A DNA stretch of 33,036 bases from an uncultured Candidatus Saccharibacteria bacterium (GCA_964434715.1 CAYSWC010000001.1:1-33036); one strand, 5' to 3'. Shown: positions 17,037 to 26,073, counted from the stretch's first letter. Numbers and translations are program-made. Notes: a model not told the origin generated them from the letters alone.

Positions 17037-18122
17037 TTATGCCACAAAGGAGGGGGTTTTTCCATTGAGAAAAATGTCTTCAGCCAAACGATCGGCAACT
17101 CGGTAGGGCGGCTCTCGCCTCTGCTGGGAAAAGAGATAGATGGTGCGGAGCGTATCCCTAAGATGTTCTATCCGGTGCAAAACTCGCTTTTTGTTATAGC
17201 CGCCTTCATCCCGTTCATCCATAACATTGATCAAGCCGCCGGCATTGGCCACGTAATCGGGGACGTAGAAAATATTTCGTTTAAAAAGCAGGTCGCCGAC
17301 TTCTGGCGACGCCAATTGATTGTTGGCCGCCCCGCAAATTATCTTGGCGCTAATTTCATAAACATTCTTGTCGGTAATATCATTGCCCAACGCGCAGGGA
17401 GAAAAAACTTCAGCCGGCTCTCCGTGAATCACCTCGGGATCAGCAACTTTAACTTGAGGGAATCTTGCCTTGACTGCATCGGTGACTGCGGTTTTTATAT
17501 CCGCAATAACGACTTCAGCGCCGGCTCCAACAAGAAGTTTTAATAATTCGGCGCCTACTTTACCGATGCCTTTTATCGCAATCCTGATGTTGAAAAGTTC
17601 ATTGATGCCGGTAATTTCAGCAAGAGCAACCTGAATTGTATAAAAAGTGCTTAGGGCGGCATAAGGCGAAGGATCGCCGGCGACCCCTCTCCGGCCGTTA
17701 AAAAAATCGGATTCTTCAAACATAATCTGCACATCATCTTCAGTAATACCTGAATCTTCGCCGGTTGTAAAAATTCCTTCCAATTTATTGATAATACGTG
17801 CGTAAGATCGAAGTAGTTCTTCGTTTTTATCTTTATCGGGGTTGCCGATAATCACTGCCTTGCCGCCGCCGTGGCGCACGCCGGCCAAAGCACACTTATA
17901 AGTCATAGCGCGGGAAAGTTTTAAAACATCGGCTAGTGCTTCTTTTTCGTTCGCGTAAGGAAACATCCTCGTGCCGCCGGTGGCTGGCCCTAAATTATCG
18001 TTATGAATCGCAATAAAGCCGCGCAAATTGTTTGCGGCATCTTCAAATCGGTAAACCGCTTTGTGGTTATCAAATTCCTGGATATCGGCAAGGTTTTTTA
18101 CCGGTTCCAAAATAGCAGCCAT
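17037..18122 (-). CDS. Leu/Phe/Val family amino-acid dehydrogenase
   Basis: LGPATGGTRM, LSRAMTYKCA, GGGKAVI, TGEDSG, GIGKVG, PCALG, GAANNQL, PDYVANAGG. Confidence 0.93.
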   Translation of the reverse strand: MAAILEPVKNLADIQEFDNHKAVYRFEDAANNLRGFIAIHNDNLGPATGGTRMFPYANEKEALADVLKLSRAMTYKCALAGVRHGGGKAVIIGNPDKDKNEELLRSYARIINKLEGIFTTGEDSGITEDDVQIMFEESDFFNGRRGVAGDPSPYAALSTFYTIQVALAEITGINELFNIRIAIKGIGKVGAELLKLLVGAGAEVVIADIKTAVTDAVKARFPQVKVADPEVIHGEPAEVFSPCALGNDITDKNVYEISAKIICGAANNQLASPEVGDLLFKRNIFYVPDYVANAGGLINVMDERDEGGYNKKRVLHRIEHLRDTLRTIYLFSQQRREPPYRVADRLAEDIFLNGKTPSFVA

Positions 18123-18148
18123 AGAGAATTAAATCTTTATTCGAGGAT

Positions 18149-18198
18149 AGTATAGCACAAAAAAGGCGGCTTTGGGCCGCCTAGGGTTTTTGAGGATT
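18149..18198 (-). promoter_or_regulatory. Terminator-like hairpin overlapping the promoter of the dehydrogenase operon; copy 2 of the ~40-bp repeat
   Basis: Minus strand AGGCGGC-CCAAA-GCCGCCT-TTTTT followed directly by GTGCTATACT (extended -10 at 18154-18149). Confidence 0.6.
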
Positions 18199-18300
18199 AA
18201 CATAATGGAAATTTCTACCTATATCCTCTCGCTTGCGGTTTTTAGAGCCGGGGTGGGTTTTTTATTTTGAGGTGCATTTAATTCTGGTAAGATGACCTAA

Positions 18301-20091
18301 CTAAACTTCTAAAAATCCTCCGGATTGGTGACTCCACAGTTTAGCGTAAAGCCCTTTTTGCTTTATGAGCTTATTATGAGTACTGTCTTGGACAATTTTT
18401 CCTTGGTTAAGAACAATAATCCTGTCCAAGTGTTTTATGGTTGATAGGCGGTGCGCAATGACTAGTGCTGTCTTGTCTTTCATTAGTTCCCACAAGCCCT
18501 CCTGAATATACTTTTCGGATTCCGAGTCCAGAGAACTCGTGGCCTCGTCCAGTATCAGTATTGGAGAATTTTTAAGTAAGGCGCGGGCAATGGCTATTCG
18601 TTGTCGTTGTCCGCCGGAGAGTTTAATGCCACGCTCACCAACCAGTGTCTCGTAACCTTGCCTTAGTTGCGCTATAAATTCGTCGGCATGGGCAAGTTTG
18701 GCCGCCTTTACAACGTCTTCTTTTGAGGCTCCTTCATTGCCGTAAGCAATATTCTCAAAAAGCGACCTATGAAACAAGAGGGGTTCTTGCGGCACGTAGG
18801 CAATCGTTTGACGTAAAGATGCTTGCGTCACCTCGTTAATATTTTGCCCATCAATAGTAATGCTCCCAGATTGCAAGTCAACAAATCTTAGTAAAAGCTT
18901 GGTAATGGTTGTTTTGCCTCCGCCGCTTGGACCCACTAAACCGACTTTCTCTTTAGCTTTAATATCCAAGCTAAAATTATTTAAAAACGAGCCTTTTGTG
19001 TTTTGGTCCCCGCTGTATCTGAAGTTAACCCGGTTAAACTGAATACCGGCAGTAGTTACCTTCAAGGATTTCGCGTTCGGCCGGTCTTGGACCGCCGGCG
19101 GATTAAGAAACATTTGAGTAAATTCGGCGGCTTCACTAATGGAGGACTCAATGTGCCTGTAGGTCCTGCTAACCTCCCATAAGATTCGCGTGACGAGGGA
19201 ATAGTATGAGAAAACAACGATTATCACGCCAGCTTGCAGTCCCAGCCGCTGTACAAAAAAGATGGCCAAAATCAACCCAAAAACGTTGGTTATTACGTAA
19301 ATGGGCGACATCAGAATGTCAAAGCGGAGATTTTGGTAATCCGCGGCTTTCTTAAACTTGGAAGTAAAGTCGTCTACGTAACGTCCATACGCGTCATATT
19401 CCTGCTTCTCTTTAGAAAACGACTTAATAGCCATCATATTTGTCATTGAATCTGATAACCTGCCAGCTGTTTTACTGCTGGCGTCATGCCGAAGAGCGAC
19501 GAGTTTGGAGCGCCGGCGAATAATTGGCAATCCGGCTGTAATCCCAATTACTATCCAGAGAACCAAAACAAGCGGGATCCAGGGAGAATAACGCCATAAG
19601 ACTACTACCGCAAAAAGTATCGGGAAGATGTTGGTGACAACGTTAAAGACCAGCGTATCTGTGAATACTTCAAAACTTCGCCCGAAGGCCAACCCCTTTT
19701 TAGTTAACGAACCGACGAAGTTGTCGGTGTAGAAGTTGTAATCACGCTCCATGAGTCGATGGAAAACGGTTCTGCTCAAACTGTTAATTCCTTTCGTTTC
19801 AATCTTAATCAAGAAATTCATACCAATTCGCCAAAAGGCTTCGCCCAAGAGCCATAACCCGCCAAACAGCAAGATATAACTGCCGGCAGTATTAATTGAA
19901 ATTTCGCCCTGGGCTATAAAAATATTTAAGAGTCTCGCCACTATGAGTGGAGGAACAAAAAATACCAATATTGTGCCTATGGCAGGCAAGAGAAAACCAA
20001 TACCTACGTACCAAGGATAAGTTTTATACTGACGCCAGTAATCACGCAATACCTGGCGTACTGCTTCGCCTGTAATAACTCTTTTCTTCAT
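18301..20091 (-). CDS. ABC exporter, fused permease/ATPase (MdlB/MsbA-like)
   Basis: TM N-terminal half; Walker A GPSGGGKT, LSGGQRQR, ILILDEATS, IAHRLST. Confidence 0.95.
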   Translation of the reverse strand: MKKRVITGEAVRQVLRDYWRQYKTYPWYVGIGFLLPAIGTILVFFVPPLIVARLLNIFIAQGEISINTAGSYILLFGGLWLLGEAFWRIGMNFLIKIETKGINSLSRTVFHRLMERDYNFYTDNFVGSLTKKGLAFGRSFEVFTDTLVFNVVTNIFPILFAVVVLWRYSPWIPLVLVLWIVIGITAGLPIIRRRSKLVALRHDASSKTAGRLSDSMTNMMAIKSFSKEKQEYDAYGRYVDDFTSKFKKAADYQNLRFDILMSPIYVITNVFGLILAIFFVQRLGLQAGVIIVVFSYYSLVTRILWEVSRTYRHIESSISEAAEFTQMFLNPPAVQDRPNAKSLKVTTAGIQFNRVNFRYSGDQNTKGSFLNNFSLDIKAKEKVGLVGPSGGGKTTITKLLLRFVDLQSGSITIDGQNINEVTQASLRQTIAYVPQEPLLFHRSLFENIAYGNEGASKEDVVKAAKLAHADEFIAQLRQGYETLVGERGIKLSGGQRQRIAIARALLKNSPILILDEATSSLDSESEKYIQEGLWELMKDKTALVIAHRLSTIKHLDRIIVLNQGKIVQDSTHNKLIKQKGLYAKLWSHQSGGFLEV

Positions 20092-20111
20092 ATTGTTACG
20101 TGGTTACTTTA

Positions 20112-20258
20112 CTAAAAAAGCGCGCCCGTTGCCACGGCGGCGGCCATCACACTCAAAATAATCAAAACAAACACCCTCGCTTGGTGCGGTTTTAATGCCT
20201 CCTTAATAACCGCAAACGCGGCTTTAAAATCTTCTTTGCTAAGCTTCTGTCTTGCCAT
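20112..20258 (-). pseudogene. Possible N-terminal remnant of a second ABC exporter (48 aa)
   Basis: MARQKLSKEDFKAAFAVIKEALKPHQARVFVLIILSVMAA resembles the elbow helix and TM1 of ABC exporters; it stops 21 nt before the intact transporter. Confidence 0.4.
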
Positions 20259-20313
20259 ATTATACAAACAATATAATTCCTGCTTTATTAAAGCAATGAT
20301 TTCATATTTTAAT

Positions 20314-20350
20314 AAAAAAGACCCGTAAGGTTTGACCTTAAAACGGGTCT
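20314..20350 (-). terminator. Intrinsic terminator
   Basis: AGACCCGT...ACGGGTCT stem followed by a T run, just after the stop of 20359..20571. Confidence 0.75.
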
Positions 20351-20358
20351 CGACATCG

Positions 20359-20571
20359 CTAGCACCAGCCAACAGGGGTGGTTCGAACGGTGGAAAAATC
20401 GCAAACCCATTCGCCGCAGTGCTTGCACCGGCGGCTCTTATGCGGATAAACGCGGCCGCCGCGATCACTGTGATTCCATGATCCTTCACACTGCTTCTCT
20501 TCTCCAAACTCATGTCGCTTGGCCGGCGAGCTCGGACACTCCGGACGACTGAACCAACCGGTCATTTCCAA
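20359..20571 (-). CDS. Small Cys/His-rich putative zinc-binding protein
   Basis: RBS AAAGGAGA upstream and a terminator downstream; C-x7-H ... CKHC pattern. Confidence 0.65.
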   Translation of the reverse strand: MEMTGWFSRPECPSSPAKRHEFGEEKQCEGSWNHSDRGGRVYPHKSRRCKHCGEWVCDFSTVRTTPVGWC

Positions 20572-20648
20572 AATCTCCTTTGTTTCCCCTCACACCGAGA
20601 GAAAACTTCCTTCATTTTAAGGCTGGTGTCGCCTGTTTTGATTTTGGC

Positions 20649-20687
20649 AAAGAACAAACTAGCCCCCGAACTGTTCGGAGGCTAGTT
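20649..20687 (-). terminator. Attenuator terminator (leader 1)
   Basis: AACTAGCCTCCGAA-CAG-TTCGGGGGCTAGTT followed by TGTTCTTT. Confidence 0.75.
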
Positions 20688-20711
20688 AAAGTTTTTCTAT
20701 TTTGTTAGGAC

Positions 20712-20840
20712 TTAGTATTTAGGGCGCTTAGCAAAACTTAAACCAACCTCCGAACCGCCGTAGAGGAAGTAAAAAATAAACCAGAAAATCATGGCAAATC
20801 CCGAGGTCTTTATGAAGTTTTGTCCAATCAAGGATTTCAT
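20712..20840 (-). CDS. Putative attenuation leader peptide MKSLIGQNFIKTSGFAMIFWFIFYFLYGGSEVGLSFAKRPKY
   Basis: Translated by hand. Aromatic run FWFIFYFLY is followed by a 15-nt segment complementary to the terminator 5' arm. Promoter TTGCTT-17-TACAAT upstream; alternative start at 20792. Confidence 0.65.
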   Translation of the reverse strand: MKSLIGQNFIKTSGFAMIFWFIFYFLYGGSEVGLSFAKRPKY

Positions 20841-20982
20841 ACCGGTTTTTTTAATTGTATCAATGTCTATAACGAAAAGCAAGTCAATTAGTTACCTATT
20901 GGCTCCGGTTGACAACTGGAGAAGATCAAACCAAACTTAGGCTAGAACTGCTCGTTAACATAGACATAAAGGAGGTAAACTC

Positions 20983-21948
20983 TTGAAAAAGATAGTGGTG
21001 ATTTGCGGCGGTAGCGGCGCTTTTACCGAACTTAAGGGACTCCGAGACCTGCCTGATCTTGGGATTACGGCAATGCCGCATACGTTTGATTCGGGCGGAG
21101 CACAGGCGCTTTTTTTGAAGCATCACCCGGGATTTGTGGCTGGCGCTGATGCCTACAAGTGTGTAGTGTCGCTTGCTCAAGATCCGATCGGGGCAAAGTT
21201 GTTCAGTTTCCGATTTACCGGCAAGGAAACTGATGGGCTCGCGGAACACAATCAGACAGTCGGCAACATTTTGTTGCTTGCTTTCGAGAAGATGCGTATA
21301 CCTCTTCGCTCGGCCATTGCGTATATGGCAGAGAAGCTTGAACTCCAGCCCCACCATCGAGTAGAGCCAATAGCCATCCAGCGTGCTGATGCCTATTTTC
21401 GTCTCCAAAACGGTCTAGTAATCCGCGGCGAAACGCACATAGACATTCCCCAACACGATGGCAGCATACCAATCAGCGAGACTTGGCTTGAGCCGCCAGC
21501 AGAAGCAAGCCCGATAGCTCTGGAGGCAATCGGCGATGCCGATCTAGTAGTAATCGGGCCGGGCGATCTCTACTCCAGTCTGGTGCCGTGTTTACTGCCG
21601 CGAGGGGCTAAAGAGGCGATTCGGACTGCCAGAGCCAAATTCGTCTATGTGATCAATCTCATGACTAAGTACGGCGAGACTACGGGATTTAAGGCTTCGG
21701 ATTTTGTTGACGTTGTTGAGCGCTATACCGGTCGGCCGATGGATTTTGTAGTTGTAAACACCGGCCGTCCAAGCCCGGAGCTTACTGAACTCTACACCGA
21801 GGAACATGCCGTCCCGGTAGAGAACAACCTTGCCGATCGGCCGGGACAGAAAGTGGTTGCCGCTGATCTTTTGGACACGAGTGAAGGTCCGGCCCGCCAC
21901 CACTCCGAACGGATTGCTCAGACGCTTTTTTCGCTCCTTTCTAACTGA
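20983..21948 (+). CDS. yvcK: YvcK/GlmR family protein (UPF0052, CofD-like)
   Basis: IVVICGGSG, DSGG, VGNILL, GETHID, ADLVVIGPGDLYSSLVP, NLMTKYGET, RHHSERIA; RBS AAGGAGG with TTG start. Confidence 0.9.
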   Translation: MKKIVVICGGSGAFTELKGLRDLPDLGITAMPHTFDSGGAQALFLKHHPGFVAGADAYKCVVSLAQDPIGAKLFSFRFTGKETDGLAEHNQTVGNILLLAFEKMRIPLRSAIAYMAEKLELQPHHRVEPIAIQRADAYFRLQNGLVIRGETHIDIPQHDGSIPISETWLEPPAEASPIALEAIGDADLVVIGPGDLYSSLVPCLLPRGAKEAIRTARAKFVYVINLMTKYGETTGFKASDFVDVVERYTGRPMDFVVVNTGRPSPELTELYTEEHAVPVENNLADRPGQKVVAADLLDTSEGPARHHSERIAQTLFSLLSN

Positions 21949-21955
21949 TGAGACC

Positions 21956-21988
21956 TCGGCGGAGAAAACCCTTCTCCGCCGATTTTTT
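21956..21988 (+). terminator. Intrinsic terminator
   Basis: tcggcggagaa/ttctccgccga stem followed by TTTTTT. Confidence 0.85.
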
Positions 21989-22155
21989 ATTGATAAAAGT
22001 TTAAATTTCGCCGATTTCTTCTTTGACTCGTCAAATCATCAATGTCTCACCGTTTTTGTTAAAACCACCCCTAAATTAATAAATTTTGTGGCTTCTTCCA
22101 CAAAAATAGATTATATTGAATTTATTGTTACTAACTCTAGAATATTATAGATTAG

Positions 22156-22638
22156 ATGAAGCAAATTACAAGGCAGTATACAATTATCAAATCAAATTAC
22201 CGTAAAGGCTTAATTTCTCAAAATTTCGCCCGCAATGTTCTTTCGGGTCTTTCAAAAAAGCAAAAGGCTATTGCTTCAAAATACTTCTATGATGCTCGTG
22301 GTGATAAAATTTTTGAGCGCATTATGAAGCTTAAAGAATATTATCCAACTAGATGCGAATTAGAAATTTTAGAAAATTTTAAAGATGCGATTGCTGATTT
22401 CTTGCCCTATCAACGTTTTAATCTAATAGATCTTGGTCCGGGTGATGGAAGTAAGTCAGAAATCCTGATTAATCATTTTCTAAAAAAGGGTTTGCGCTTT
22501 GATTATGTGCCGATTGATACGATTGTACATTTCCACGCGGGAAATAGTTTCCGAATTAATCCGCGCAATGAAATTGGGATTAGCCGCAATCCAATGAGCA
22601 ACTTCACGTTCTTCTTGAGCAAGTGCCGGGAAAATTGA
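22156..22638 (+). pseudogene. egtD: Truncated L-histidine N-alpha-methyltransferase (EgtD-like); homology ends at about 22518
   Basis: GLSKKQKAIASKYFYDARGDKIFERI...EYYPTRCE, IDLGPGDGSKS, YVPID, then unrelated sequence. Full EgtD is about twice this length or more. Confidence 0.85.
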
Positions 22639-23130
22639 CGTCATAAACCCTGCTTTCCATCCTAAAGATTCAGCCTCGCGTCGTGTCGCGACTAATGTTT
22701 CGCAAACTAGGGCATCGAATTCGTCCTTTTCTTTCCCTACCGCCCTCCGAATTTCCCCATCTTCGCTTTCAAGATCGGCTATGAGAATGATGGGTGACAC
22801 GATTTCAAAAACTTCCTTAACTTTTTTCAGGAATTCTATCTGTTTTTTTGAGAGAAGCGAAACCCCGCCGCTTAGGCCCCGAAACGTGTATCTGCCTTTA
22901 GTGTGAGTGTAATCAGGGCATGATGGCGCCAGGATTACCGGCGGATCCATAAGCAGAGCTCTTCCGATACGCAGGGCCATTTTTCTGCTGCCAGAGAACC
23001 GGCCACAAACGCTGATCAGCCGCGGGAGTTGGGTAATGATTGCGTCGACACCCTCCGCTCGCAGATTCAAACGGCGTATTTCCTGAAGCAGTGCTTTTTT
23101 TAACCGGCATTGATCTAAAGAAAATGCCAT
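22480..23130 (-). CDS. Hypothetical CPDY-motif protein, probably C-terminally truncated
   Basis: RBS AAAGGAGG before ATG 23130; motifs APSCPDY, GRYTF and IILIADLE; the 3' end reads into antisense egtD sequence. Confidence 0.65.
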   Translation of the reverse strand: MAFSLDQCRLKKALLQEIRRLNLRAEGVDAIITQLPRLISVCGRFSGSRKMALRIGRALLMDPPVILAPSCPDYTHTKGRYTFRGLSGGVSLLSKKQIEFLKKVKEVFEIVSPIILIADLESEDGEIRRAVGKEKDEFDALVCETLVATRREAESLGWKAGFMTSIFPALAQEEREVAHWIAANPNFIARINSETISRVEMYNRINRHIIKAQTLF

Positions 23131-23200
23131 TGCTTTTCCTCCTTTCATCCTTAAAAGCACTCCCATTTCCGTGTTGATAAAGTGCTGTCCGCGTTTTCCT

Positions 23201-23233
23201 AAAGAAAACGCCCGCTTTCGAGAAGCGGGCATT
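23201..23233 (-). terminator. Attenuator terminator (leader 2)
   Basis: AATGCCCGCTT-CTCGA-AAGCGGGCGTT followed by TTCTTT. Confidence 0.8.
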
Positions 23234-23263
23234 ATGTTGCGTAAATCTGGTTTTCAATAAAAT

Positions 23264-23347
23264 TTATTTAACCAGCACAAAGCTCGCTCCTCGAAAAAAG
23301 AGCGAGTACCACCAAGACTGTGATTTATTTTTCCTGTAATTATACAT
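23264..23347 (-). CDS. Putative Trp/aromatic attenuation leader peptide MYNYRKNKSQSWWYSLFFRGASFVLVK
   Basis: Translated by hand. Tandem TGG TGG at 23314-23309; overlapping 1:2, 2:3 and 3:4 stems; promoter TTGACA-18-TATACT ends 8 nt before the ATG. Confidence 0.72.
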   Translation of the reverse strand: MYNYRKNKSQSWWYSLFFRGASFVLVK

Positions 23348-23388
23348 TTTATTTCAGTATATGCTTAATCATTTGCTCTTGTCAACAA

Positions 23389-24782
<1,394 letters not shown>

Positions 24783-24787
24783 GGCGC

Positions 24788-25168
24788 TTAGTGCGCCAGG
24801 AAGGCTTTGGTTTTTTGAACAATCTCTTCCAAGTCCTGACTTTTAAGCAGATATTCGTAAGCGCCCAGTTCTTTGGCAAAACGCTGGTCGTTTTTATAAA
24901 TCTCGGGTTGGGGATCGCCAAAAGCGGTCAAAAGTATAATCTTGATCGTTTTGGTAGCCGGATCTTCGCGCAGTTTAAGCATGGCCTGAATGCCGTCCAT
25001 TTTAGGCATCTTAACATCCATCATAATAATATCCGGCAGAAAGACCTTTGCTTTCTCTATGCCTTCGCTTCCGTCATAGGCTACAGCAACCTCAAACCCG
25101 CTGGCTGTAAATTTAGTCGTCAGCACCTCGGTGAAATCCTTGTCGTCGTCAACAATTAAGACCTTCAT
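24788..25168 (-). CDS. Single-domain response regulator (receiver)
   Basis: VLIVDDD, PDIIMMDVKMPKMDG, ILLT, YLLK. Confidence 0.93.
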   Translation of the reverse strand: MKVLIVDDDKDFTEVLTTKFTASGFEVAVAYDGSEGIEKAKVFLPDIIMMDVKMPKMDGIQAMLKLREDPATKTIKIILLTAFGDPQPEIYKNDQRFAKELGAYEYLLKSQDLEEIVQKTKAFLAH

Positions 25169-25176
25169 AAGACTTT

Positions 25177-25240
25177 CCGAATATACGAATCAAGCGCTAA
25201 TATACGAATTCGAATATTCGAGCTATATTCGAATATTCGG
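25177..25240. repeat. Intergenic hairpin of short CGAATAT/ATATTCG repeats
   Basis: ccgaatatacgaat ... attcgaatattcgg, with nested ttcgaatattcga. Confidence 0.65.
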
Positions 25241-25308
25241 AGAGTTTATCTGATTGAAATCGGCCTTTAATAATGATACCCTAGTAACCAACTAATCACA
25301 AATGACCT

Positions 25309-26073
25309 ATGACTAATGACAATTATAACACTAATAAGATAATTCTAGAAATAAGGGCGGGAGCGGGCGGCGATGAAGCCGCTATTTTTGCCGGGGATTT
25401 GGCGCGGATGTATCAGAAATACGCGGCGCGGCGCGGCTGGGGATTTTCGGTTTTGGACTCCAACCAAACAAGCTTGAATGGCTATAAAACCTTAATTGCT
25501 GAAGTAAGTAATCCTTCGACAGGCTCAGGACAAAATCTCTACGAGATTTTGAAACAGGAATCCGGAGTTCACCGCGTCCAGAGAATTCCCAAAACTGAAA
25601 AGTCCGGACGCATTCATACTTCGACAGCATCAGTCGCGGTTTTGCCGGTAGTCACTCCCAAAGAAGTGGAAATTAAAGAAAGCGATTTGGAGGTGAGCTT
25701 TTCGCGCGCCGGGGGCCCCGGCGGACAGAACGTTAACAAAGTTGAAACAGCGGTACGCATCCTGCATAAACCAAGCGGCCTGGTGGTGGCTTCGCGCTCC
25801 GAGCGCTTTCAGCATGCTAATCGCGAACGGGCGATGGAGATACTCCGCGCCAAACTTTATGAGATGCGATCGGTGGAGGAAAAAGAAAAAAGGAAAGAGG
25901 AGAGGCGCGAACAAATCGGCTCGGGCGAGCGCGCCGAGAAAATCAGAACTTATAATTTCCCGGACGACCGGATCACCGACCACCGGATTGGGAAAAAATT
26001 TCATAATATTGAAGATGTCCTTGATGGCAATCTGGAACCGATTGTCAAAGCATTTAGGAAGAGTTCATTTTAA
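25309..26073 (+). CDS. prfA: Peptide chain release factor 1, lacking N-terminal domain 1
   Basis: [27 protein letters not shown] (PxT), [17 protein letters not shown]; only 254 aa. Confidence 0.93.
   Translation: MTNDNYNTNKIILEIRAGAGGDEAAIFAGDLARMYQKYAARRGWGFSVLDSNQTSLNGYKTLIAEVSNPSTGSGQNLYEILKQESGVHRVQRIPKTEKSGRIHTSTASVAVLPVVTPKEVEIKESDLEVSFSRAGGPGGQNVNKVETAVRILHKPSGLVVASRSERFQHANRERAMEILRAKLYEMRSVEEKEKRKEERREQIGSGERAEKIRTYNFPDDRITDHRIGKKFHNIEDVLDGNLEPIVKAFRKSSF

Noticed and set aside
20112-20513. 133-aa ORF as a single gene
   Set aside because: It crosses a terminator and overlaps the better-supported 70-aa ORF; only the last 48 codons look protein-like.
20926-21903. Minus-strand ORFs over yvcK, and other short shadow ORFs across the window
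   Set aside because: They are antisense or out of frame to well-supported genes and have no recognisable motifs.
23131-23257. N-terminal extension of the CPDY ORF and the 114-aa ORF 22913..23257
   Set aside because: Both run through the attenuator terminator; the strong RBS points to ATG 23130.
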